This document shows positions 27,542 to 40,450 of a stretch of 64,000 nucleotides of DNA, one piece after another. Both the position numbers and the translations under genes were made by a program. A model generated the notes under the pieces. The model was not told the DNA's origin and made no database searches. It worked only from the letters and a program-made list of their open reading frames with translations. This stretch comes from the human T2T-CHM13v2.0 reference genome, Homo sapiens: NCBI RefSeq assembly GCF_009914755.1, contig NC_060926.1; one strand, written 5' to 3'. Position 1 is the first letter of the stretch, and each line of letters begins with the position of its first letter.

Positions 27542-28838
27542 TGAAGGTAGGGGAATATCAAAGCATTTTAAAGATATTTCAATATAGGATCTGAGTTGTC
27601 AGGAAAGAGTGAGGACATTTGAGAACCAAGCAATAAAGCGATTTTTGGCCCAGGTCTTCTGGCTCACAAGTCTTCTGAGTCCGTAACCAGGGGGTCCCTG
27701 AATAAATAAATGGCATGGACGTACTTGGTAGTTTGAAGAACACCAATGTTGGTTCCTTATCATGTTGGCTCTGATTGACCAAATAACATAAAAAGCTATC
27801 AGCTTTGAGTGGGACACAGAGCAGCCAGGACAGGGCTCTGCAGCAGGTCCAGGCTGTGATCAAAGCATATTATCCAGCAAAAGCTATAGTACTAGAGGTA
27901 CATGTGGTGGGAAAAGGCACTTGTGATGCTTAGCTGGTTGGTCAAGGGCTGGAAGGGAAACAATTGGGGATAAAGGATCTGGGGAAGATGCATCATTCTT
28001 TGAGGAAACCAAGTGGCTACTTGGTAGGAATTTCATAAGATTGGACCCCTTCCCCCTGGAAGTGGAAAATATCTATTCTGATAGGAGTAGACTGATATTT
28101 TGGGTATGGGTTTGCTTTTCCTGCTCACAGGACTTTAGCCAGCAGCATTGAAAGCTTAGACAGTTTGATCCATAATATTGCATCAGACCAAGAGACCTAC
28201 ATCACAGTAAAAGGGAATGTGGCAGCAGGCACTTGGTCATGGAATCCACTGGTCCTGTTTTAAACCATAAACTCTGATGACCTGACAGAGTGATAGAATG
28301 ATCCTTTGAAGGCCAAGATGAGGTACCAGATTAGGGATGATACCCCAAGGGGAGGGTAGCCCTCCTCTAGGCTGCAGTATATACTCACAATGAGTATCAA
28401 TTATATGGTGCTATGCCCCAAAGATGAGGAATATTTGGTCCAGGACCAAGGGATGGTGGTAGTAGTGGCTTTGCCTATCATCACATCTAGCGATTCCTTG
28501 GGGAATTTGTTGCTTCCACAACTCTAGGCTCTGTAGGGTCTTGAAATTCCTGAGCCATTGAGAAGGAGCACTTCCACCCTCTCAGTAGCTGTTCCACTGA
28601 GGACACAGTGAAAATCTCATTATGCTTTACACCTTGGCTGCCTGCAAATTACTTTGAGATACTTGTGCCAAAAGACTAGCAGGCAAGAAACGGAGTTACA
28701 GTTCTGGAAGGAATAATTGACTCTGATCATCCAAAAAAGATAAGACCACTTTTACATAATGAAGGCAGGAAGAATTTGTTTGGCACCGGATGATTCACTG
28801 GGGCAAGTCTTGGCACACCCTTACTCATTTTGATAGAG

Positions 28839-29453
<615 letters not shown>

Positions 29454-29771
29454 TTTCTTGGACAAATGCCCTGTGTCAGAAGAGTGTGGTAAACAGAAGC
29501 TCAGCTCCTTCAAGGATGACAGCCTTGGTTACACCACCAGGTGAGTTACCAAGACCAGAAAATGTACTAATGAAGGATGATAGGAGTCTAGAATGGGCAC
29601 TACAGGAGAGAGAAGAGGCATACCAATTGCAGTTTAAAAATCAGCTTCAGTGGTGGCAATTGAAATTTGTCCCATTAATTTTCCTCCTATAAGTTTCTCT
29701 AGGAAAAGAGACCAAAGTCAGGGAGCAGTCGTTTTCACATGGGATGAACTCAGTGTAAGAGGCAAGCAGAT

Positions 29772-30212
29772 TGTGGAAGATTAGAAGATAATGGATACTA
29801 TTATTCCATCCAGATTCCTCTTCAGGACCAAGGACTCATTTTCCAGCTGGCAGGAATGTTAGCTACTGACGGCCATGGCTGAGTTCCTCTTCAGGAATTA
29901 TCCTCCACTTGAGGGGAATTGCTTTGTTCAGTGTTACACTCCCTCTATAGTGGCAGCCCACACTGGTTGATGTGGGGTACAAAGTCCTGGACCTTGTCTT
30001 AGATGGGATAGTTCTGAAGGGCTATTCCAGCTCCAGAACTCCTCATAGGATTGGCTGAGGTCTCCTCTGCAACTGGATCACAGTTCAACTTTTTCTTCTG
30101 CCCAGTCCTTCTTCTCTCATCTGTTGCCAGTTTTATTCGTGAGTGTGTTTCCCAATAAACCCCCTGCATGCAAATCTCAGAGTCTGTTTCCTAGGGAACA
30201 CAGCCTATGTTG
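29772..30212 (+). mobile_element. LTR16-type 3' LTR of the ERVL
   Basis: ctgaagggctattccagctccagaactcc...ggctgaggtctc...cccaataaaccccctgcatgcaaatctcagagtctgtttcctagggaac. Confidence 0.8.
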
Positions 30213-30559
30213 GCTAGTGAAAGAAACTTTTATATGTATTTGGAATAAGCCTTCGGAAGTATATACAGGTTAGCTACCTCTACCCTAAGTGAGTGTGAGT
30301 GACTAATGCTATCCAGTTATGGATGAAGGAAAAACTGTAAAATGGAATGTCATTCCAAAGAATCAAAATGATTTGTTATTCTCAGGAAAATCCCTTCATT
30401 TGATCATGAATAAAGATGAATAGAACTTTTAAGAATAGAAAGCCCCTTAAAATAGAAGGTAAATAGCTAATAAAGGATATTGGATTAGAAGAGCACAAAA
30501 ACATGAACCTGCCTGAGTCGCCAATGTGTCGTTTGGCTTAGGGAATAGTTTATGAACCC

Positions 30560-31100
30560 AGGAGTGAAATACAGAGGAGGGGGCTGCAAGGGCCCTGATG
30601 GTAGATGTGCAGTCCCAAGGTATCCAGAGCTCGGTCAGCACCTGTCCCTTTCCCACAAACCCCTGGGATTTCCCTGAAAGTAATTCCTCCTCTGTCCCTG
30701 AGCGTTTGTTCTAGGAAGAAGGGGAAATCCTGGCACCTGCCTCCCAGGGCTGCTCTCAGCATTAGGTGCCAGATCCCTCTTCTACCTCTTTGCTGGCAGG
30801 TGGATGGGCACACATCCAACCCTGACCAAACTGACTGCTGGCTAGGGCTCTGAAGCTGAAGTGTGGAACATGAGGAAATGGGGACAATAGGAAGTCATGC
30901 CACCATCCATGAAGATGGCAAGGAGGGCAATGGTGCTCGTGATGACTGTCCCCAAGTGATGCTGCTTTGTCCATGTTATGTTCACTTCCCATGCGCCATG
31001 CATAGTCTTCCATCATTTCTATGAGATTCCAACAGGCTTCCAGTAAGTACTATGCTTTACTTAAGATGGTCAGAGTTGGTTTTCATTGCTTACAACTAAT
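30560..31100 (+). mobile_element. Old LTR fragment (MLT1/LTR33-like)
   Basis: 3' end ttacttaagatggtcagagttggttttcattgcttacaactaa resembles old MaLR/ERVL LTR ends. Confidence 0.35.
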
Positions 31101-31963
31101 TATCTTGGCTTACTTGGTTACCTACCATCCTGCCATTCCCTAAAAGGCTGAGTTACCATGAAAGAGGACACAGGCATGTTCATGCTCCTTTTCCTTGCTC
31201 CCTGCCAGAACTAGAGTATCAAAATCTGTAGGAAGGGAGAAAACTCAACCGTTCAATATTTGGTTAATGGTTTAATCCATGGTAGAGATCAGCATATACA
31301 ATATGAGAAGGTGACAGGTATCTATGCTTATGGATGTGAACTTCCAGATTTCAAAGACTTAAGAAGAAGACACTAAAACCATTTTGTGCATATTGAGTTT
31401 GAGGTCTAGAAGAATCTGAGGACACAGACTCATTTCAGAATCATAAGGAACATGGTTGTTTCAGAAGATGGGGCCCAATTGCTATTGAGTTTTGGGTATT
31501 GAATACATCCCTGATGACAGCTTACTTATCATTTGTCTCTTTCTCATAAAAGAGTACAAAACATGCAAAAATGCTTTTGGTTTCTGTTTTTGTAATTGTT
31601 TGCAAGCTGTCAAAATGGTAATTTACTGTATTTTATTTTCTGTTTGGAGATGCTCCACCTTCTTTAAAACATTTTCTACATTGTTCTTTGTTTGTTATCG
31701 AATACTGGGAAATAATGCCTGTTCTGAAGCCTGCATTTCTATCCCATTAGAGATCACTGGAGGAGTCTATTTCCTAAGGAAGCAGGCAGGGATGGGGAGT
31801 AGGCAGAATGTGCTAAGAAATATGTGCCATGCTATGTTTCACCCACACAAATGGAGAACAAGAAAAGCCCTCCTCCTCAGAAGCTTTACTGCAGTTCTGT
31901 CTGGATTTATTCCAGCTCCTTGCTTCAGAGTTCTACAACTGGAAAAAATCAGGTTTATAGTCT

Positions 31964-32283
<320 letters not shown>

Positions 32284-32924
32284 CTATAGTCTTTTAAATA
32301 CAGATCATGTAGAAAGAGTCAGATTATTTTCAAATACAATGGTACCATCTGGCCACAGGGATCTTAGAGACCAACATTGTCAAAAGGTTCCTTTTCTTCT
32401 TTGGTTTCTATATTTATTATCCATCCTAAGTAAGCTGGGAATAAGTATAGGTGATTAAGTCATTCCCACTCAGAAGCCACTTCATGTGAGCATTAGAGTT
32501 ACTGGGTGGAAGGCACTTTCACCTTTCTGGATACCAAGGGCAACAATGAACTCACAGGACCTCTGTCTATCTATCAGGATTATTTTAAAAACTTGACATT
32601 AAAGGGATATTTCTGTTTTCTTGAGTTTAGTTAATATTGTGGGATGATTGGGATCATGCCGTTTCCATCACGATTCAGTTTTGACATTAGGTGCCCTAAT
32701 TAGTCTATGTGTCTGATTTTTTTCTATCCCTAGCTAAAAAGTATAGTTCACAAGAGCTGGAATCACAATCCCTGCAGCTTTCCACAGGAGGACAGGAATG
32801 CCTCACATATAAAGAGCTTCCAAAGTCCTGGCCTCTGAGCTTTGAGAAAGAAGACTGACTCTCCAAGAAGATCACTTCTAGAACCAGTGCAGAATAATTA
32901 CAACTACAGGGACTGTGCTGATGT

Positions 32925-33086
32925 AGGGGAAAGGGGAGGTAGACAGAGAAGAGAGAGAGAGACAAATAGTGAGACACACTGTGGGGCTGGGAGAGACAGA
33001 GAGAAATGGGAGAGAGAGACAGAGACACAGAGAAGGGGAAAGAGAGACAGAAAGGAGAAAGTGAGATAGAGACACAAAGAGAGAGG
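32925..33086. repeat. GA-rich low-complexity region
   Basis: agacagagaagagagagagagac...gagagagagacagagacacagagaagg. Confidence 0.85.
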
Positions 33087-33912
33087 TGATGGGGGCAGAA
33101 TTAGATTTTCCTTTTATTCTTCATAAATTTTCTTAGCCCAGCCCAGCAGGATATTCTAGGTAGTTTATCCGAATACTTTTTTACAAATGAAACATTATTA
33201 ATCCCAATTCATAAATAAGGAAAAAGCGGACCTTCTAAGGTGATGCTGCTAGGGTGGGGTGCTCAGAGCACACATCTTCTTCCTGTTTCTTGGTAGTTTC
33301 TCAGACTGCTGCTCAAGCTACTTGGGCACTGTAAAAGCCTAGAAGCTCTAAAAAAAAATGAAAAATTATGCTCTGATGAAGTAATAATATCATATGTTTG
33401 AAATCCTAATAGCCTCATTCTTTGAAAAGTTTAAACAGAGGGAATCTCCTGGGAGATCTGGCTTGAGAAGAGCCAGCAATTTCTGCCTCATGGGGCCCTG
33501 CTAGGCACCCTTTTCTCCTATTTTTGTTTATCACTTCCACGTTGGAATTATTTCTTTGGCACTACTGCTATTATGGGCTTCTGTTAGGAAAACAAAACTT
33601 TATCTCAGATGATCACCATATTCAAATTGAACCTATCATTGCATGCCCAGTGCCTACTTTTTCATGACACAGATAGAAATGGGGTAGGTCTGTTCCACCA
33701 GCAAAGCTGAGCGTAGGTGAGACTGTGATTTGTAGACTGTGATTCTGTGAGATCAGGCATTAGACAGAGAGGTATTGATGTGGGGAGAGGTATGAAACAT
33801 TTTCTTAACTTTAACAGGAGATACTGTCTATGGCAGCAGATTCTGCAGCTATGATGGGGCATCCTGTGTAACTAAATGCCAAAGGAAGACGTGCAGACAA
33901 CTTCCATTAGGA

Positions 33913-33960
33913 AAAAACAACAACGACAGCAACAAACAACAACAACAACAACAACAAACA
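33913..33960. repeat. (CAA)n imperfect repeat
   Basis: Directly visible. Confidence 0.9.
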
Positions 33961-35358
33961 CACACCATGGTAGTACATACACTGGGCTTTCACTGCATCA
34001 TGACTTTTTGGAGGACCAGCTGGCTGTCATTTCCAAGTATCAAATGGAATTAAAGGACATTAGTGAATGAATTTGTCACTGATGCCTAAATAGTATAATA
34101 CTGGGTGTGTAATGTGGAAAAACATGAATGAAGAGAAGCTCTGCTAAAAATGTAGGAGGTTAGATGGCATGCCATATAGTTATCAAAAATGTCAATCCAC
34201 GGGTTTATTAGATTTGGGGTAGGAGCACTTCTTTCCAATCCTGTTTTAATATTCTATCTTTATTCCTTAAAAACAGTTATCAAATTTGTTTCCTTGTGTC
34301 TCCCTTTATTGATTACAAATGTTCCCAATTGTTAAGACCATGGAAAATGGCAACAAACTATCAATTCTTCATGTTAACAAGCACCACATTTACTCCAAAA
34401 GTTTATGAAGAATAGGAAAATAAGAATCACACACAGATGATTTAAATCATGCAGTTTATAAAGATATAGAGAAACAGGCTTTGGCTAGGGTGCAAGTTGC
34501 TTGGATTTGAATTTAATTTAAAGATGGACAGTTTTTCTACAGGGTAGGCATTTTTTCTTCCTGAAGCCAGAATAGATTCCATCCAGATGCTTCATGTTTG
34601 TGCCCTGAGAGCAAACATTACATGAGAACTGAGCTGAAGGAGCTGAACAAAGCAGCCTTATAAATTCTAAATTCGGGTGATTGCATCATTGAAGTCCTAA
34701 ACATACTAAGAGTCAAATCCAGCTTTTATTTTTATTGAGCATTTGCAACTAATTCCCACTGATCAAAGGCAACTTAGTCCTTGTTTTTTCCTATTTTTCT
34801 TTTTGGCAAATAAATAGTACTCTGGAAGGATGACATGGGAATCACTCTTCTTTCCAACAGGCATACAAATCCGCTGTTGCAAGGAGAAAGTGGAATGGGG
34901 AAAAGCAATGCATTTCGGGAATTCATTAAGTGGCTGAATTCATTAAGTGCTGGAAGGAGATAATTTAGATCTTTTTTGTTAACACAATAATTTGCAACTG
35001 TATAATTATCAGGGTTTGCTTTAGTCTGGGACAAAATCTGATATTTATACTTAAATGAAAATTACCTACCACTTACACTGACAAAAAAATATGAGCTTCT
35101 TAGTTGTGGTTATTAGTAAGATGTGGGGTTATAGAATCTCCACTTTTCTTTTTCCTAATTAGGTTTTTTATAGTCTGGGGGGTGGGTTTTACAGTCTGAT
35201 GTGGCCCAGAGGGAGATGGTGCCTGTCTAAGGCATGCAACTTAAGAAGAAGCTTAAGCTTGAAGTTGGAGCAAAGAAGCGCAGATCTTATTCCTGGTCAT
35301 CTCAGGGCTTTCTTTATTTAGCTATAAAATAATGAGGACACTATCACTGTGGTGAGCC

Positions 35359-35531
35359 CAGGGACAAATCCATATATTTGGGGGTCCAGGAATTATGCAA
35401 TTTGAGAGGCCATCTCTAAGAACAAGAATACAAATATTATGAATTCTAAGTTGGGTATAAGGTGTTGAAATGGGCTCTTGCAATTTGAGGGCCCTGAAGC
35501 TTAAGTGTTATTAAAGGTAAATCCACCTGTG
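35359..35531 (-). mobile_element. hAT (Tip100-like) MITE remnant
   Basis: Begins cagggacaaatcc and ends gggccctgaagcttaag...gtaaatccacctgtg; related to the end motif at 11128. Confidence 0.55.
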
Positions 35532-35854
35532 TGTGTGCTAATATCACTGGGAGGAAAGAAAGCGGACTCTCATAGGTTCTCCCAACAATCCATAAAAGAA
35601 CTGCTAGCTGTGCTGGCTGGTCTGCCTTTGAGAGGGAGGTAGCAAGGTCTTCTGAATAACTGGAGAGGGTGGAAGCAGATGTCTGTCTGCTGGCAAGTGA
35701 AGGCTGTTTGTAAGAATTATTAGGTGTTGTCCCAGCCTAAGCATCCACTGATAAGGCATCCTCTGTTTTGTAAACATGATTACTCCTAGGTCCAAGTTTC
35801 CTAGGTGGGGATGATTATGTGTTTGGAACCACTGTGTTTCAGAAAGTCGTAAAC

Positions 35855-36010
35855 TACATCATGCAACTCTCACAGCAGCCCTCGGAGTGTTTTCAACTTC
35901 ATTTTGTAGATTTGGAAACTGAAGTATCAAAAGCTTAAGTGATTTGATCACCATCAAGGGTCAGTAAAGAATGCAGACCTCAGCTTGTAGCTCGGAAGTC
36001 TATGCTCTGC
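35855..36010 (-). mobile_element. MIR SINE
   Basis: ctcacagcagccct...cattttgtagatttggaaactgaag...ttaagtgatttg. Confidence 0.65.
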
Positions 36011-36550
36011 TCCCCCAACTCTTGCAGAAGAGTTCTTAGGGGCTGCAGCCTGCAGGAGTTGTAGGTAGTTTGAGCTCTCTGAGTGGTCTCACTGGCAAGC
36101 TGTTCAGTCAAAGTGACACCCCACTTCTTGGGACAATGGCCCAGACAGGATTACTACACGGAGGACTGTGCCCTGTCTTATGGTTTGACAGTTGGTCACT
36201 GGAATGAAAACATTTTCTCTGCTTCAGGCTCAGGGAAGTCCTGACCTGGAAAGATGTTAACAAGAAAGACTTTTAGAGTAGCAGGTAACCATAAAGTGAT
36301 GACAGTAACTTTCTTGTAGGAGTATATTCTAGAGGTTATCCTCATTCTGATGCTGTTCATGGAGTCCATTTCATGAATTCCCAAACAGGTGACATTCCCT
36401 GGGCAATAATTATGAGTGTTGGGCCATACTAGACATGGTGATAGGTAGGAAGGAAGAGATGTCTTGCTAGATAAGTGGTAGTAAAAAGCTAACTAGGATC
36501 CAATTTCATTTGGGTGCCTAAGTGTCTTAAGAACCTGCTCAAACCTTTGG

Positions 36551-36707
36551 AAGAGATTTTGATGTCTTAAACACGAAGAAATGATAAATGTTTCAGGTGA
36601 TGGATATCTCAATTACCCTGATTTGATCATTACACATTGTGTGCATGTATCAAAAATCATATGTACCCCGTAAATATGTACAACTATATGGATCAATTAA
36701 AAAAAAA
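36551..36707 (+). mobile_element. L1MA 3'-terminal fragment with A tail
   Basis: gaaatgataaatgtttcaggtgatggatat...aattaccctgatttgatcattacacattgt...atgtaccccgtaaatatgtacaa...aaaaaaaaa. Confidence 0.85.
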
Positions 36708-38644
36708 CTTGGGCAGGAATGGAGTCCTCTTACTCACAGATTAAACTCTATAGATTTCCTATTTAGAAATATGATCTGCTGTGATTGTGACCAGCATGTA
36801 TTTGTTATGCTCTGGATGCATGGTTATTGAATACGTGTTTCTTCTTCTTTGAAACCATTGAGAACCACAGAGGTTACCTCCCCCTAAGGTGGGATATTTT
36901 TAAAGGCAGTTAAGTGGACGCTTTTGAGGTGAAGGCTTGTGTAAAGGAGGCAGTTCTGGCTCCTTCAGAGCCTCCCTCCAAGCCTGGTAATCAAACCAAA
37001 CCCACTCCCATTTCTGTGACTGTGCTTAGGAGCTTGGAAACAATAACTGTGCTGGGGCGGGTTTGGAATACATTGAAATAGGCCTGTCAAGTCTATACAG
37101 GAGGCGATGGAGTATCCACTGACATCATGTAATCAAAAGGAAAAAATTAGACTGTGTGCCTTGCCTGGGAAAAATAGACTTCAACTTAGCAAGCTGTATT
37201 TCATGCTCCTTGAACAGAACTGCAATTCCTTCCTTTATTTACTCATGGAGCACCTATTTAACTACATGGTGGTGGCTTACAAATAATCAAAGTGTGGGAC
37301 TGTTGGTGTGTTTTATAGATATCAGCTCTGGTGAATCAGATGAAATCCCACCCATCTCAGCAGGTACTAACTTGTTTAAGAAAACCAGCTGTCAACAGGA
37401 AAGAAACTCAGAGGGCTTACCAAGTTAATAATTCCTTTGGCAGGTCCTGAGAAATTTACTGCTTCATCTTTTAGTGAAATGCTGGGTAAATGCAGAAAGT
37501 CAGCTGCCTTCCATCAACTGGGAATCAATTATGAGGCTGATTGGGGTGTCTGTTTTTTCAGTTACTCAAACAGATCGAGATGCATGGAATGGCAGAAACC
37601 TTAAGGCCTTCACTAAAGGAGCACACAGTGTAGCGATACAGGCGAGAAGGTTCTGAGCAGCAATGAAAGGCTGGGGAAAGCCTGGATTCTCTTCTCTCTT
37701 TAGACTGCAGGAGGGTCAGTCTCCCTCTCATCTGCTGACCTGAAGATCCTTATCTTCTGATGGCTGCCACTGAGTTTTCACCTAGGGCATTACCTGGCAG
37801 GGTTATAGGCATCACTGTTACAGAAATTCACTCCCTGCCTTTGCCCTCCCTTGATCTTCCAGCCTCTCCTAGAAAAACCTTTGCTGCATTACTGTTAATT
37901 TCAGGTGTGCAATGAAAATGCCAAATGCATAGTTTATGGGACGATGCTGATATTGTTTCTAAATAGACTTTTCATTCACCTGGGAATTCACAAGGCCTTT
38001 GTTCTGCAAGCCCCCAATATTATCAGGTTAATGTTAGATTGCCTAACAGTCAGCATTTTTCTGGAAGGAATTTTAAAAGCATACATCCTTGGCCAGTGCA
38101 AAAGGGTATTTTTGTACTACAGATATATTTTATAAACAAGTTAATTATGAAGTATAACACACCTACAAAAAGGGAAAGACAGTGCCATAGATATTAGGTA
38201 GTCCAGGAAGCTTTCTGATAGGGTGATTAAATAGACTTGTCATAAATGTACTAGCCAAGGGCTGTTTTACATTTTGCTTTTGTCAGTGGAGGTGGCGGTT
38301 GGTGGGAAGGGATGAGGGAATGTAAGTTTGACTCTGATGATGTAGTCTGTGAATGAAAATCAGGCCTTCCTCAAGCCTGGTATTTCCAAATTTGTGGAAT
38401 ACTTCATAAATCAGGATGGCAGACTTCTCATCTAGGAAGACAACCAGACCCAAATCACAGGCAAACACAAGCACACAGGGCACTTTCTCTCCGCACAGTA
38501 CTCATGGATAAAATTGACTTATGAAGAATGATTTTTAAGGCCAAAGAGAAGTTACAGGAAACAATGAGAAAGAAGGTGGATGTATTATGGTTCAAAAAGT
38601 TTGCATTAAAAATGTTAAATAGCAGTGTTTAATGGGAAGCATTA

Positions 38645-38900
38645 ATAGTGTGACATTTAAGAGCATATACTCTGGGGTCAGAATGCTTGATTTAGAATCC
38701 AAGTTTTACCACTTTCTAGCTACATGACATTGAGGGATTGGTTTATTGTCTAAACCTTAGACCCCTTAGTTGTCTGATGGGGATAGTAATACTCCTATCA
38801 CATAAGGACAGTTACATATTAGTCAACCATGTAAAATCATAGTACAGTGGCTGGCACATAGAAAAAACTCAATAGATATAAGCTGCTGCTACTGCTACTG
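38645..38900 (+). mobile_element. MIR SINE, near full length
   Basis: ttaagagcatatactctggggtcaga...gaatccaag...accactttctagct...tggcacatag...ctcaatagatataagctgct. Confidence 0.75.
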
Positions 38901-39859
38901 TTACCGTCACTAACACTACTGGGCTTCTCAGTGCCTTCACTCTGCCAATGAGTGCTATAGGTCTATAGAATAGACCTGTACAGTTCAGCCTGTTCAACAT
39001 TTATTTAACCACTAATGCTTTCTCTGCAGAACATCTGGTTGGAGTCAGGGTTTTTGGAATACCATTTCGTAAACATTGTGACAGATATATCTCCAAGAGC
39101 CTCTGGCTCCTATTCTTTAACATTTAGTAGAGAAATCTCTCTCACTTCTGTCTACTTAATCAAACTCTATTCATTCTAATAAGTGCAACTCCAGTTCCTT
39201 TTCCAACCCAACCCTGATCTCCCCAGCCGGTGCTTGGGTTCTTTCTCTTGATTCAATTGGCCTGTATCACTTGCATTGTATTGTCTCTTGGACTTTTTGT
39301 CTTGATGTCCTCACTATTTTAATGGATCTCTTGCCATGCTAAACTTGTCTTCTTTGATTTTATTTTACATAGGAAGTGTTCAGTTTTTAACCTTTCATTG
39401 ACAATTATTAAATCCACTGGGATCCCCTCAATTTCTACTAGAATGTAGGTTTCATCAATATTTGAAGTCCTGCATTGGATCTTGATTTCCCACTTAGGTT
39501 AAGTCTCAAGCTCACTCATCACTTCCCTCCTTTAACACTAGAGGAGCTAGTGTTGCTAGCCTTTAGTCCAGAGGTAGTAAGTTACCCCTCCTTCTGATGT
39601 CCTTCCTAACCCATGTAACAATTGCCTGGATTTGTATTTCCTTTTTCATTACATTTCTTTTCTCTGAAGTCAATATTTCATTCTGTTTCTTGGGAATATG
39701 TTCGTCTCTCCTTTAAAACAATTTATTTTATTTCTGTATATTACGTAGTGAGGCTTTGGTTTAACAACATTTTATTGACCATTATTTGATCTATTGCACC
39801 TAAAAATTTTGCCTGCGGGTGGAGAGCTGGTTACAAAAATAGATGTGATAGTTTGTTGA

Positions 39860-40080
39860 AGAGAATCAGGGCAAAGGCTCTGACATTAAGATAATCTGGC
39901 TTCTGTTCCATCATTTGTTAGCTATGTGACCTTGGGCAAGTTACTTAAACTCTCGCTCCTGAAGTTTTCCCATGTATAAAAAGGGATCACTTCATAGGGA
40001 TGCTGTTTATATTAAAGAAGACAATGGAAGTGTGTCTTTTAGCAAAGTGCTTTGTACCCAATAAAGCTCATAGACATTGT
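39860..40080 (+). mobile_element. MIR SINE
   Basis: Core tagctatgtgaccttgggcaagttacttaaactctc. Confidence 0.8.
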
Positions 40081-40229
40081 CTGTAATTAAAACACATTTT
40101 CTACTTTCTTAAATCTCGCCATCTGGAGTAGAAGCAGAAGGGGCTTTGTGAAGGAGAAAGGATTTGAGCAGGAAGTTGCAGGATGTATAAAGGGAAGTTT
40201 GGAAAGACTTTTTCCACTGGGGGCACCGT

Positions 40230-40450
40230 GGGAGATAAGGTTGGCACAATGGGTAGGAACCGAGTAATGGGGGCATTTGAATCCCAAATTATGAAATTCT
40301 GTAGGCATCAGGGAATCACTGGACGTCTTGAAACAAAATGGTAATATGTATAGTTTTTTGTTTCAGAATGCTAACTTTGGAAATGGTCAGGAGTAAGGAT
40401 GGGAACAGAGAGACAATTGAAACAAAGAGACCAATTAAGAGATTAAGTTC
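40230..40450 (-). mobile_element. L2 LINE fragment
   Basis: ttctgtaggcatcagggaatcactgga...gagaccaattaagagatta. Confidence 0.5.

Noticed and set aside
26273-28800. Possible domesticated ERVL gag or pol gene
   Set aside because: Stops, frameshifts, large deletions and nested insertions leave no intact reading frame
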